Origin: a virus
Strand: one strand, 5' to 3'
DNA: 64,000 nt
IMG/VR virus record: IMGVR_UViG_3300042543_000303
Span: 1-64,000 of that record
Shown here piece after piece: positions 46,976-55,900 of the stretch. The notes under the pieces are model-generated. The model made no database searches, was not told the DNA's origin, and worked only from the letters and a program-made list of their open reading frames with translations. Made by a program: the position numbers and the translations under genes. Position 1 is the first letter of the stretch; the number at the start of each line of letters is the position of its first letter.

Positions 46976-47478
46976 TACGGGACGCCGAGCGTGAGCTGCA
47001 TGTTGACTACCTGAAAACCGCCCTCGGGCACGGGAGCCTCGACCGTCGAGATCACTCCCAGGCCGAACCCTGTGTCGTCCCAGCCGTCCAGGTCGGCCGC
47101 GATCTGCATAAGTGTCCACGCGTCAACCGCGCTGATCTGCGCGCCTTCTTGGATCTTTTCTGCCGCAGGCGCTTTGCCGTTGTTGCCAACTACGGGAATG
47201 CTCCGTGCGATGGACACCTGTAGTACCGCACTGCGTGGAGAATTGCACCGCTGAGGGCGCGAGGCTTCGTCTCCGGGCGGTCCGAGGTACATCTGAATGA
47301 AGGCGACCACTAGCTGTTCACAGTCAATCGACGGCGTCCCCATGGCCCAATAGCGCCGAGAAGGCAAAGGCACGTTGTAAGACTCAAAACCTGCCACAGC
47401 GCGCTCGAGCACCCCGTCCATAAGCTGAGCGAGGTTGATTGCGTCTGGGTGAACGTCGGCGATAGGAGTAATAGGCAT
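46975..47478 (-). CDS. Probable tail terminator / neck protein
   Basis: Position, plus P..DC.QL.V and PEGG motifs. Confidence 0.6.
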   Translation of the reverse strand: MPITPIADVHPDAINLAQLMDGVLERAVAGFESYNVPLPSRRYWAMGTPSIDCEQLVVAFIQMYLGPPGDEASRPQRCNSPRSAVLQVSIARSIPVVGNNGKAPAAEKIQEGAQISAVDAWTLMQIAADLDGWDDTGFGLGVISTVEAPVPEGGFQVVNMQLTLGVP

Positions 47479-47483
47479 GTGGG

Positions 47484-47675
47484 CTACGCTTCGGTATTAG
47501 AGGGCTTCTGAGCGCTTTTAGCCGTCTTGCGGCTAGTACGGCTGGCAGCAGGCTTTGAGTCCGTCTCGACGGTCTGAGCGGCCTCAGTTTCAGCGGTAGA
47601 AGGCTTTGGAGCAGCCTTTTTGGCCTTCTTTTGATAGCCAGGCATGTCTTCGGGCCTAAAGTTCGTGATAATCAT
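47484..47675 (-). CDS. Small basic hypothetical protein
   Basis: AAGGAG RBS; fills the gap. Confidence 0.55.
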   Translation of the reverse strand: MIITNFRPEDMPGYQKKAKKAAPKPSTAETEAAQTVETDSKPAASRTSRKTAKSAQKPSNTEA

Positions 47676-47705
47676 CTTGTCACTCCTTCTTCCGACGGTC
47701 GCACG

Positions 47706-48848
47706 CTACTGAAGCGTGTTTCCAATCGTATACGCGTTGATGACGCTAGAAGCAAGACTGATGCGAACATTTCCAGACGTTACGCGAACGGTCTCGGGTA
47801 CTTCAGGATCTTCAACAGAAGGCCGCGTGGCGTACAAATCATACTGACCAATGTCGACCATTCCAAGAATACGAAGAGCATCGGCGTAGCCTGCCGACAA
47901 CTTGACAAGAGCCTCAGCCTCATCAAAAACCGCTCCGCCAGGAACAGTAAAGCTCTTGCTTCCCGAGTAGTTCATGATGTCAAGCGAAAGCTCCCAGCCG
48001 ATCTCTTCGTCAAGCCACTCTGCATTGAGATAGTCTAGAGTCAAGTCAACTGATCCGCCGTCCGGTGTCACTACTAGATCGCCAGGCCCTTCGCCATACA
48101 GAGCCGGCTTAGACACAGAGCGCCTGGCGCGAGGCATGTCAGGAGAAAAGACTCGCGACTTAGCACGGGCACGGTCCGGGTTCACAGACTTAAGAAAAAG
48201 GTCGACCGCGTACAGGCCGGTACGCATATCATCAACAAAGTCTTGATTGTCAAGCAGAGTAAACGACACGCCCTGGCGCGAGATTGTCGTAACGCGCTCT
48301 GGAAGAGCGCAGTCGTCGCCAGCCCAGAGCTTGGCAAACTCGAGGGCCAGAATACGCGCGGCAGCTCGCCCCGCGGCAGGCGGGTAGGCTCCGTACGTGT
48401 ATGTGACCTCAACGTTACACGGAGTCCAGGGGATGCCGGCCGCGGCTTGAATTGTTGAATGATCTACGAGGTAGTATTTGCTGGGGTCGATAACCCCGCC
48501 AGACCGGTTACGCACCGTGTGAATCTTGACGACGGGGCGGCCGCGTAGGCGAATACGGGACATCGGTGACAATCCGTCAGAAGTGATTTCGGCATAGTTG
48601 TCGAACTCCTCCGAAGGAATATTGTAGATATCTCGATCAAGCAAGACAGGGTTATATGTCTTGGACGAGGCGCCTAGGCGATAAGACTTCGCAGCGCATA
48701 CGTAGCGCTCAGTCACCGTCGCGATTCCCCCAAACTTGCGCCCCGACAGAGACCACAGAATCTGCGAAGCTGCCTTGCACGCGTCATAGGAGTAATCCGA
48801 CTCGGCATAGTCGCCGAGCTCGTCTGACGTCACCCAGAGATTTGTCAT
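47706..48848 (-). CDS. Head-to-tail adaptor
   Basis: AS..LW.LSGR.F, VTYTYG..PP..G, C.LP.RVT.ISRQGVS and TGL..VDLFL...NP motifs. Confidence 0.82.
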   Translation of the reverse strand: MTNLWVTSDELGDYAESDYSYDACKAASQILWSLSGRKFGGIATVTERYVCAAKSYRLGASSKTYNPVLLDRDIYNIPSEEFDNYAEITSDGLSPMSRIRLRGRPVVKIHTVRNRSGGVIDPSKYYLVDHSTIQAAAGIPWTPCNVEVTYTYGAYPPAAGRAAARILALEFAKLWAGDDCALPERVTTISRQGVSFTLLDNQDFVDDMRTGLYAVDLFLKSVNPDRARAKSRVFSPDMPRARRSVSKPALYGEGPGDLVVTPDGGSVDLTLDYLNAEWLDEEIGWELSLDIMNYSGSKSFTVPGGAVFDEAEALVKLSAGYADALRILGMVDIGQYDLYATRPSVEDPEVPETVRVTSGNVRISLASSVINAYTIGNTLQ

Positions 48849-48883
48849 CGAAGACCTCGCTGCTAAAGGCGGCTAATACGCGA

Positions 48884-48932
48884 AACGGGCGACGCGCTTG
48901 TGTTGTAGTAACACGTCAGCGCGCCGCCCGTC
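48884..48932 (-). terminator. Long hairpin after the major tail gene
   Basis: GACGGGCGGCGCGCT..GTGTT-actac-AACAC..AGCGCGTCGCCCGTT followed by TCG. Confidence 0.65.
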
Positions 48933-48939
48933 AAGCGCA

Positions 48940-49758
48940 CTAGGCTGTCGGGTCCTCCGTCGACGCGATGATGAAGTCGATCGCGTTGTCGGGGTTGTAC
49001 TCCTCGCTGCCAGGGACGTTGTAAGCCGTGGTCGAACCCTGCGATGAGAAGTCGGTAACTGCGGTGTAATCGCCGTCCTCGTCGTCCCAGGTGTAGAAGC
49101 CCTTCAAGCCGCTGCCGGGGGCCCACTGAGAGCGAGCGTATGAGTACGGACGCTCTGCCGCTACTGGGAACTCCCAGCGCCCGTCGGGTCCAGCGCCGAA
49201 CGTCGCATTACCAAGGCCGTAGCCCTCGAACGTGTTGGCGAGCAGGCCGTTCTCGATCACGCGATCGCCAGACTGGCGAAGCTTCGCGAACGGGAACACC
49301 CAGTGGAAGAACGGGAGGGTAGCAGCACGGCGGCCCTCCTTGATCGCGTACGACCAAACCTCGAGCGCCACACCATTGCCGGCGGGATCGTCACCGACCG
49401 CAGGGGCGGCCCAGCCGATGCTGCTGCGGCTCGGCGCGCCAAACGTGCCGAGATTCTTGCGAAGCAGCAGACCGCCTGAGATCAGAGCGGTGAGCTCGGG
49501 ATCGGGCTCGCAGATTGCGAGCTCCATGGTGATACGCTTTAGAGTATCGGGGGACTTGTAGGTGACGCACACTGTTCCGTCCGCAGACTTCTCAGTGATC
49601 TCGTCGCCTTCCTCGTACTCGGGCGTGAACGACACGCGCATAAACGCAGAGGTCGTGTAGCTGTCACCAGCATTGTTAAGCAAGTTTCCATCGGCGTCCA
49701 GTCGAGTTACTCGAATCGACACGCCCTGGATACTCGCGGCGTAATCTTGAGTAGCCAT
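48940..49758 (-). CDS. Major tail protein
   Basis: RVTRLD..G, F..V..T...EEG.EI....A.G..C, C..DP.L and VFPF pattern of Rosebush/cluster-B-type tail tubes. Confidence 0.85.
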   Translation of the reverse strand: MATQDYAASIQGVSIRVTRLDADGNLLNNAGDSYTTSAFMRVSFTPEYEEGDEITEKSADGTVCVTYKSPDTLKRITMELAICEPDPELTALISGGLLLRKNLGTFGAPSRSSIGWAAPAVGDDPAGNGVALEVWSYAIKEGRRAATLPFFHWVFPFAKLRQSGDRVIENGLLANTFEGYGLGNATFGAGPDGRWEFPVAAERPYSYARSQWAPGSGLKGFYTWDDEDGDYTAVTDFSSQGSTTAYNVPGSEEYNPDNAIDFIIASTEDPTA

Positions 49759-49799
49759 ACCAGCTTTCTCCTAATTTAGTTACTCGTGGCTGCCGTGGA

Positions 49800-50663
49800 T
49801 TAAGCCGTCAGATCAACTCTGACAGCGAAGTGGCATGATGGGTCAAAGTACGCCGCAGCCGGGCGAACCGCCTTGATGCGCATGTCGTTGATTGCCACGT
49901 CGGCACCCTGAGCAAGATTCTCATTCATAAGCTCAGGCTTACCAAGGTGGACGTCTACAGGTCCTGTGCCGTACATCCACTTGTTAGTCAGGGTCGCTGC
50001 GGTGTGCTGTACGTCGATCGGGCCGTCTCCGGAGTATCCGGATCCAACCACGACTGGGGTACCAAGCATTGTGGTCAGCTTATCGTCTGATCGGTACAAG
50101 TGCTCAGACCCAAGCGCCGAAGCAACGTCCCTGGTTACGTGGATAACGCCACCGGCTCCAGATGGAGAATCAGCGAGCGCGCCTTCAAGATACGCAAGAG
50201 CCCGTGCTGCTGATGCTGCCGAAGTGCCGTTGACTAGCGACGCGGCGTCCTCCTTGCGGAGATACGCGTTGCTGTTTGTGGCTTCTTGGGCGGCAACGCC
50301 AGACCAAAGCTCGAACTCAACTGCCTTCTGCGTCGCCGCTTCAAGCTGCGTGAGAACCCGCCTTAACCGGTCCTCGCCCGTGATACTGAAGATCGAGCGA
50401 AAATCCTCGACCTCGATGCCGAACGGAACATACTCGCGAAAGCGAACATCTCCATCGGCGTCATAGATTTCTCCGTTAGTAGCCTCGACGTCTTCGAGGG
50501 TGAGCAGGGAGAGGGTCATCTGCGAGTCGAACTCGTATGAAAACCCTCGCACCCAGCGCTCGTCATACTCGCGTGCCGTGTGCTTCATCACACGCGCGAC
50601 GCTCAGAAGCCCAAAGGGGGCGGGTTCCAATTCAGGAGCAGGGTACACTCCACGAAACACCAT
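49800..50663 (-). CDS. Second capsid protein (pentamer-type)
   Basis: Follows the main capsid gene. P.GLLSVA, RW..G, PF.., L.....AVE..LW.G, GVIH and T.LGTPVV.G.GY motifs. Confidence 0.7.
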   Translation of the reverse strand: MVFRGVYPAPELEPAPFGLLSVARVMKHTAREYDERWVRGFSYEFDSQMTLSLLTLEDVEATNGEIYDADGDVRFREYVPFGIEVEDFRSIFSITGEDRLRRVLTQLEAATQKAVEFELWSGVAAQEATNSNAYLRKEDAASLVNGTSAASAARALAYLEGALADSPSGAGGVIHVTRDVASALGSEHLYRSDDKLTTMLGTPVVVGSGYSGDGPIDVQHTAATLTNKWMYGTGPVDVHLGKPELMNENLAQGADVAINDMRIKAVRPAAAYFDPSCHFAVRVDLTA

Positions 50664-50727
50664 TTGATTCTCCTCCAGGTCCTGAGCGTCGCGCCGTGTG
50701 ACTATGGCTTGCTATTCGCGATTCGGC

Positions 50728-52773
50728 TTAGTACTCGATAGCCGCTGCGGTCGCGCCACCGGTCGTGTCGCGGAGAGCCGCGGCAACGCCGTTGATGCTA
50801 ATCGTCGAGGTAACCTTGAGGCCCTCAACGCCGACCTTGGCAACGCCCTCGAAGGTCTCAACGAACATCTTGTAGTCGTTGGTGCCAACGAGGCTGGAGT
50901 CGCGGATGATACCGAGATCCAGGGTGCCGCCGTCGAGGAACAGGAACGTGCCCTCGGCGAACAGGTACCACGTGAATGAATCAGCGAACTCGTTGAGCGC
51001 GCCGGTGCCCTGGGCACCGTACACGTTCTGATCGAGCGAGTACGAAGCAACCACGCCGCGGGCGTTGAGGTAACCATCAACCTCGCCGTAAGCGTTGAGC
51101 AGGTTGTCACCGGGCATCGACAGCGCGAGGTCAGCAACCATCGCGTCCTTCACCCACGACGGGGCGATGAGACGGAGGGGAGCGTCGGCCTCGAGACGGT
51201 GACGCGAACGGTAGGCAACAGCGGCGCGAGCAACCTGCACGAGGAAGTCGCGGCCGAAGCCGATGAGCGACGTCGTCGTGACGGCGGTGCTAGCATCGCC
51301 AATCTTGCTGAGGATGTACTGCTCTGCCTCGCGGGCATGCTGGATCAGACCGAGCTCGTTGTGACGAGCGATCAGCTCCGGGTATGCCCGAGTGGCGAGG
51401 TTGCCGAACTGCATCTGCAGCGTAACGGCATCGGTAGCAACCGTGGTCTCAGAAGCCGCGGTCACCGTGAGGCTCGCCTTGGTTGCGGGATCCGGCGTGT
51501 TGTCCGCGTCGTTGGCTGCCGTCCACACGCCGACAGCGTTGGCGTAGTCGGTCAGAACCGGCGGGGTCACGAAACGGATGCCACCACGATCGGCCTGGAA
51601 GCGCGGGAGCGCGTCACGAACCGGACGAGAGGTGGTGCCGATGCCGAAGATCTCGTAACGGTTGACAAACGGGGCCTGATGACCGCCGGCGGCGACCAGC
51701 GCCTCGGGGCCGACCACGTTCTGAATCTTCGACCAGTTCTCCTCGGGATCCGAGGTGAGGACGCGGTCCTCAGGGAACTGAGTGGTGACGCTAGCAACAA
51801 TGTGCTGCTCACCGTCGCCGCCGTTGACACGGCGGAGTGCGTGAAGTCGCTTGGACATTGCCTCTGCGACATCGGTCATGTTGTTGAGGGGGCTGCCGGC
51901 CGTGTAACCCGGAATATCAGCGCCCGCCGTGATAGCCACGGGAGCGGCGGTGGTCCGGGAAGTCGGACGACGGTCAGCCGGAACCTCGATCTCGAGGCTG
52001 TCGCCCTCGTGGGCTGCGGCAGTCACTGGTGCCTCCGGGTTCTCTTGCGTTGTGGTGGACTCTTCAGTTGTTGAAAGCTCAGCGATTGCTTCGCTCTCAG
52101 TTGATGCCTCGGACGCCTCGGGCGCATCGGCAGCAGTGTCAGTAGTGGTCTCCTCGCTGGCGGCCAGTTCGGCCTCAACGGGAGTCTCCTCTACAGTGGT
52201 CTCCTCAGATGCAGCCTCGGCTGCCTCCTCGACGACCACGGAAGCCTCGGCAACAGCCTCGGCCTCGGTATCAACGGCAGCCTCGGCCACCGTCTCGGTC
52301 TCGACTGCAGCCTCGGCGACCGTCTCGGTCTCCGCTGCAGCGGTCTCAGTTGCATCGGTCGAAAGCTCGGAAGCCTCGTCCGCAGTTGTCGACGCCTCGG
52401 TCATCGGCTTCTTCGACTCCTCCTCGTCCATGGGAGCGGGAGCCGGCGCGGGCGCCTCGTCCTCGTCCTCGTCCATGTCCTCGGAAGCGTCGACAGAGTC
52501 GCCGTCCTCGGTCTCGGCGCCCTCGCCCTTAACGCGCATTGCAGCCTCAGCAGCTCGGTTAGCGAGCTCCTGGCCAGCAATCTCACGGCGCTTGACTTCA
52601 CCGCGCACGGTGTCAAGCATATCGGCGAGCGACGTCATCGCGTCGACTGTCTGCGGAGTAGGATCCTCCTTCTCGACCGTCTCGAATTCGCTGATGATAG
52701 CACTCTGGAGCTCAGCGAGCTGATCCTCGCCAAGCTCGGAGAGCTGATCCAGCATCTCCTTGATACGGTCCAC
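50728..52773 (-). CDS. Major capsid protein (hexamer-type) with a long acidic N-terminal scaffold region
   Basis: Strong codon bias. Helical then very acidic N-terminus; LVAAGG..AP..Y, RP..D.LP.F...RGG..F, and GTLDLG..RDS.L...NDY..F.E.FE. Confidence 0.88.
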   Translation of the reverse strand: MDRIKEMLDQLSELGEDQLAELQSAIISEFETVEKEDPTPQTVDAMTSLADMLDTVRGEVKRREIAGQELANRAAEAAMRVKGEGAETEDGDSVDASEDMDEDEDEAPAPAPAPMDEEESKKPMTEASTTADEASELSTDATETAAAETETVAEAAVETETVAEAAVDTEAEAVAEASVVVEEAAEAASEETTVEETPVEAELAASEETTTDTAADAPEASEASTESEAIAELSTTEESTTTQENPEAPVTAAAHEGDSLEIEVPADRRPTSRTTAAPVAITAGADIPGYTAGSPLNNMTDVAEAMSKRLHALRRVNGGDGEQHIVASVTTQFPEDRVLTSDPEENWSKIQNVVGPEALVAAGGHQAPFVNRYEIFGIGTTSRPVRDALPRFQADRGGIRFVTPPVLTDYANAVGVWTAANDADNTPDPATKASLTVTAASETTVATDAVTLQMQFGNLATRAYPELIARHNELGLIQHAREAEQYILSKIGDASTAVTTTSLIGFGRDFLVQVARAAVAYRSRHRLEADAPLRLIAPSWVKDAMVADLALSMPGDNLLNAYGEVDGYLNARGVVASYSLDQNVYGAQGTGALNEFADSFTWYLFAEGTFLFLDGGTLDLGIIRDSSLVGTNDYKMFVETFEGVAKVGVEGLKVTSTISINGVAAALRDTTGGATAAAIEY

Positions 52774-52897
52774 TGTCCCTCCTCCGGGCCAGTCATGACG
52801 AACGAGACATGATTCGTTCGTCTCGCTTATCAGTCAAGGCTGAGGGACTTCAACGCATTCGCGCGGAGGCACTCCACCCAGGACTGAATATTACATG
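52771..52897 (-). promoter_or_regulatory. Capsid-gene promoter and structured 5' leader
   Basis: CATGTAATAT (-10 TAATAT) at 52897-52888. Hairpins GTGGAG/CTCCGC and GACGAACGA/TCGTTCGTC. GTCCCTC is complementary to the GAGGGAC RBS. Confidence 0.6.
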
Positions 52898-52901
52898 GTT
52901 T

Positions 52902-55900
52902 TTACGTCAGCAAGCGAAGAAGCTTGCTTAGTTCACTTGAGATTTCAGATTGGTTCATAAAGTCCCCGCCGCCCTTGTAACTCTCGAGAACCTTTGTTGC
53001 TTCCGCCGCATCTTCATCGCCGATCTTGTCGGCGACACGAATAATCATGTCCTCGATCAGATCCTTTAGTGCGGGGGGAAGATCACTATAGCGAACCTTG
53101 GCAGCATCCTGCCCGAACGGCAAAGGAAGATTGGCGACAACGCGCCCAAGTTCCGCCGCGGTCGCTCTTACATTCTCAAGAGCGCGCGGATTAAGCGCGC
53201 CGGTGTCGATACGGTCAATCATGTCGATCAACTCACCGGCAGAGCCTGCCGCCTGCTCATAGTCGCCGGCGTTCTCGTTATTCTCGGCCTCTTCGATCTT
53301 CTCAATGATATTGGTAAGACCAGAATCTCCGATATTCTGCTTGAGTCGCGCTAGCACTCGACGAAACCGCCCACTATCGTCCCGCGGCTGAGTTTCAGGG
53401 GTGTACCTACCCCGCTCATCGACGCTTTCACCTACCGCGGGGACCATTTCTTCAGCCTCGACGGCTACCGCTAGAGCCCCAGTGGCAGTTAGACTCGCGA
53501 TACGCAACCGCATTTCATCGAGCGTCTCATCGATCTCAAACGTGCCCATGCTCTTCCACTTCTCAGGGATGAGATCCGGGCGATCGAGTTGGCGCGCGCG
53601 CTTCATAATGTGGCGACGAATCTGCGCGCGCTTCGACTTCTTGCCTCGGCCGTACGCTTGAATAGAATCTTTAAGAGAGTCGATGTTGCCGATCGGGTAC
53701 GACCCGTCTGGGAGCGCCTTGCCCTCCTTGGCCATCTTCATGCGGTACGCGGTGCTGTCGCCGAAGCCGTCGTCATAGCTCGGCTCGCCCTTGACGCGAA
53801 GAGTGAGCTCAGACATTCGTGAGCGCAGGCGCCCCTCCTGCTCGGCCTTGGCCGCCGCGAAGGTCTCCTTGATCGGGTCAATCTTGGCAGAAAGTTCCGC
53901 TTGCTCCAACTGCTCTAGTTTCTCGACACGAGACGCAAGATCTGCCATCGGGTCAGACTTAAGCTTGGCAAGGACGCTCGCGCCGGCAGCGACAAGCGCC
54001 ATTACCTGACCGGACGCGACACGGGCACGAGCGATCGGGAATCCTGGAACATTCACCTGGCAAACTGCGACCAGCTCAAGGTTGCCCTTGATCGGCCGCC
54101 AGTCCCCTGACGGTGCTGAGGCGCGTAGCGCGCGAACTTGCTCCGGTGTTACGCCAGGGCGAAGCGCGCCAGCGACCCAGATCCCAAACCGATCCTCGCC
54201 CGCGTGAACATCAGCAATTGCGGACGCGGTGTCATCGTAGTGACGAACCGCCTGTTCCGCGCTTGCCTCAAGAGCAGCGTGGCCGCCAGCAAGCGTTAGC
54301 TGGCCGACTGGAATATCCTCGCCGTTCTCCGCGCGAAGCACACCCGTGTGGAAGTAGGCGTACCTGCTCTTGCTACGCGGAGGGCGGGTGCCAAAGGCCA
54401 TTCCAATGTGATCAACGTGCCAGGCGGCAATGTGCCCAAAGACGCGCCCGTCATCCGTCACGGTAAGCGCCGCTGGCTTATCGAGCTCCGGGTTGTCGAA
54501 CCACTCGCGAGGGGGAACAACCGGAATAGCTCCGGCAATCATGCCGCAGGCGACAATGGCCGCTGCCTCGCTCGGGTCAACCTGCTCGACGTAGACTCCG
54601 TCGGGGATCACGTCGCCCTCCTCTTCAGTAGCCTGCTCGGGCTGCTCATTTTCATCCTCTATGAGTTGGATGCTGCATTCCTGGAACGCAGGCTTAGGTA
54701 CAAGGGTAACTGCCATCACTCGGGCCTTGTGGATCCGAATCTTGTCTCCACCGATTCGGTCCTCGCTATCATCGCCAGCCTCGGACTGCCCATGCTTAGC
54801 CTCGAACTGGTCAAGGTCGGCGGATACACCGCGGATAAAGCCCTCGCGAACAAGGCGCTCGGCCTCGCGGCCGTACGCACCGGTGTCAAACACTCCGTAG
54901 GCGTTTCCAATGCCATTTTCGACGCGCTCCATCGTGTCAATGCGACCGACCACGACAGAGCCTTCGTGCCCATCGGCTGTCTTGATCTGCCACATTAGCG
55001 GGAGTGGTAGATCTCGCACTCCAATTGAGTCAGGTTCGAAGCTGCGCCCGTCACCAGACTCCATATCCTCTGGAATCACCAACGGAATGCAGAACTTAGC
55101 GCCATCCGCTCGCTGCGCGCCGCCAGCCATAAGCACTCGATCCTTCGCTGCTCGAGCCTGCGCGCTTAGCGCAGTCGTGAACGTGACCTCGTCTTCGGTA
55201 TGAATAACGTCAGTCGAGAACATACCCTTGTTGCGGCCGTACATCTGGCGATGCAGCTTGTCGCCCGTCCAGAGACCGGTAGCCTCCTTGTGACGAAGAG
55301 CGCAGTACCCCTTTGCGCGGGGTCCCATATACTTGGCAAGGTAGCGCACACAGCGCGTCCAGTCGCCGGGAGTATTCCAGCGAATCTTCGCCGCGCCCTT
55401 GCCGTGCAGCCAGTAGCGGCGGAGCTTCTCGGCATTACCACGATTACGGTCGAGACCGCCCGCGGAAACCAATGCAGCAATCTCGCCCTTTGGTCCCCAC
55501 AATGGCATCAACATCGCGTCGCGCATTTGCTCGAGCGCTGCGGTCAGTGCTGCGTCGCCGTCAACTTGCTTAAGCACGTCGTCAAGCGTCGGGTCGTCAA
55601 GAACGATGACGGGAGGCGGCGTCGGAGAATTAAGATCGCGCAGGATCTTCTCGTCCGCTACCCACTCGCCATTCAAACGCTTAAATGTTGCAGGCTCGAG
55701 TGACGTCGAAGTGGCGGGAACAAGTGAAACGAGCTCCATAACCGCACGCGGGTCGTCCGCGGCAACGATCGCCATATACAGCGGCGCGACGTCAGATGTC
55801 TCCGGAGTGAGCGCCTTGCCTTCCTTGGCCGGAGCCTTCTTCTCGTCCGTGTTCTTATCTGGCTCGCCGGACGCGTACACAGCCTTGCGGGACTTCTTAT

